Assembly (NCBI GenBank): GCA_977017645.1 | Contig: OZ360226.1 | Coordinates: 31,620,001-31,684,000, forward strand | Source: Torpedo marmorata | Taxonomy: Eukaryota | DNA: 64,000 nt | Reading direction: 5' to 3' | In this document: one piece after another, positions 62,420-64,000 of the stretch | How positions within the stretch are numbered: the first letter of the stretch is position 1 | Layout of the letters: the number at the start of each line of letters is the position of its first letter | Translations under genes and position numbers: made by a program | The notes under the pieces: model-generated | Databases searched by the model: none | What the model was told of the DNA's origin: nothing | The model's input: the letters and a program-made list of their open reading frames with translations, nothing else

Positions 62420-62935
62420 AAGTAACACAAAAGTGTAGAATCTGGTATTACAGAGAAAATTACAGTTAAAAATTTGCAAGGGCCATGATGAGTGAAGGTA
62501 TGTGAGATTCAAGAGATCATCATTTACTTTCGAGAGGTCCTTTCAAGAATCTGATAAAAACAAGGGAAGAGACTGTCCTTGAATCTGGTGGTGCATATTT
62601 CAAACTTGTGTTCCTTCTGCCTGACAGGATGGGCGAGAAGAGAGCGTGACGAGGGGAAAGGTCCTTTAATATGTTGGCTGCTTTCCTGAGGCAGTGGATA
62701 GTGTACAGTAGATGGAGTCAGTGGAGGGAAAGTTGGTTTACATGATGGCCTGAGCTGTGTTCACAACTCTTTAGAGTTTCGTGTGGTCTCGGGAAGAACA
62801 TTTTCCACACCAAAATGTAATGCATTCGGACAGGATACTTCTTATTTTGCGGGGGCAATGGGATGGATCTCTGTTTGATAATGGTGAAAACTATTTCCAA
62901 ATCCTGAGCATCCACTTTAACAGGTGCAGTTTAAA
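62420..62935 (-). mobile_element. Old Rex1 3' fragment
   Basis: Minus strand resembles the Rex1 C-terminus/3' UTR (CTCAGGAAAGCAGCCAACATATTAAAGGAC); matching tail remnant at 61238-61294. Confidence 0.6.
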
Positions 62936-62974
62936 GTTCCCCTTTAGAGTCGTGCAGGATGTGGAAAGGTCCTG

Positions 62975-63600
62975 AGGCCCAGCAAGCCGACCTACTCATT
63001 CACGCCTATTCCACACCAATCCAAGTTTATTCTCTCCCTATTTCCATACAGATTCTACCGTTCACCCACACACTTGGGGCGATTCACAGTGGCTGACTGA
63101 CCCACCAATCTGCACATCTTTGGACTGTGGAAAGAAAATAGGACACTTGGAGGAAACACATGTAAACTGCATTCATACAGCATCCAGGGTTATGATTGAA
63201 CCCAGGTTGCTGGTGCTGAGATTGTGGCTCAACAGGCTGTACAGCACCCCACCCCCCACCCGAAAAAACCAAGACTGAAATGCAACCAAGTGTGGCAGCG
63301 AGTAGAACAACTCCAAAGACTCAGGTTCAATCTTGATTTCTGGTGCGGTCTGTGTAGAGTTTGCACATTCACTCTGACCTCATGGATTTCCCTTGGTTAC
63401 TCTCTTTTGCTTTCACATCCCATATCGGAGCGAGTTGGTGAGTTAAATAGTCACTGTAAATTGCTCCCAGCGTGTTGGTGAGTGTTAGGGTCTGAGGAGG
63501 GTTGATGGGAATGCAAGGAGAATAGGTTGCAGAGAAATTAATGGGGAATGAGATTGCACTCTGAGCTGACACTGACTCAGTGGGCAAATATGAAGAAATA
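62975..63600. mobile_element. Two degenerate V-SINEs, head-to-head (minus about 62975-63250, plus about 63290-63600)
   Basis: Decayed B boxes (GGTTCAATC) and V-domain remnants on opposite strands. Confidence 0.6.
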
Positions 63601-63799
63601 TGGAAACCTCGTCAGCAAGTGTGGATCAAACAGTGAGAAGCTAGAGGAATTCAGCGGGTCAGGCAGCACCCATGGGGAGAAAGTCAAAGTTTTTGATAAA
63701 GGACCCTTTATTTAGACTAAAATGGTAAGTGCAGATAGCGAGTATAAAAAGGGGGAGAAAGGGGAGGGCTACGAGGTAATAGGATACTGGACAAAATAA

Positions 63800-64000
63800 G
63801 TAAAACACGAAAATCTGCAGACACCGTAGTTGACCCTCCCTTCACGTAGTCATCCCTCCTCCCCTTGATCTCTGCTGTCCCCTCCCTCCCTTCTCCACCT
63901 ATCACCTCCTGCCTTGCAATCACCCCTCCCCCCCCCCACTCTTTTGTTCGGACGCCTGCTGACATTTTCCCATACCTTGATGAAGGGCTCAAGCCCGAAA
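63800..64000 (+). mobile_element. Penelope-like terminal repeat with inverted 5' piece; hammerhead motif cut by the window edge
   Basis: AAAACACGAAAATCTGCAGACACCGTAGTTGA (inverted terminus), then direct copy ending CATACCTTGATGAAGGGCTCAAGCCCGAAA. Confidence 0.75.

Overview
Eukaryotic genomic DNA, most likely a cartilaginous fish (inferred from the repeat set: V-SINE/HE1-like SINEs, CR1, Rex1, Penelope-like and AT-rich L1 elements). The minus strand carries the 3' part of an LMO7 gene. I can assemble 17 phase-compatible GT-AG exons from 54559 down to a TGA at 1840-1842 (2505 nt, 834 aa), encoding the PDZ domain, coiled-coil region and C-terminal LIM domain; the 5' exons appear to lie beyond the window. 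The introns are dense with retroelements: six L1-clade insertions with readable target-site duplications (three nested in a 10.3 kb block whose host ORF2 can be rebuilt almost intact), Rex1 and CR1 fragments, two solo LTRs, Tigger-like MITEs and SINEs. Penelope-like 3' ends carry minimal hammerhead-ribozyme motifs, some arranged as palindromes. No prokaryotic systems or CRISPR arrays are present. All family calls come from recognising motifs by eye, with no database search.
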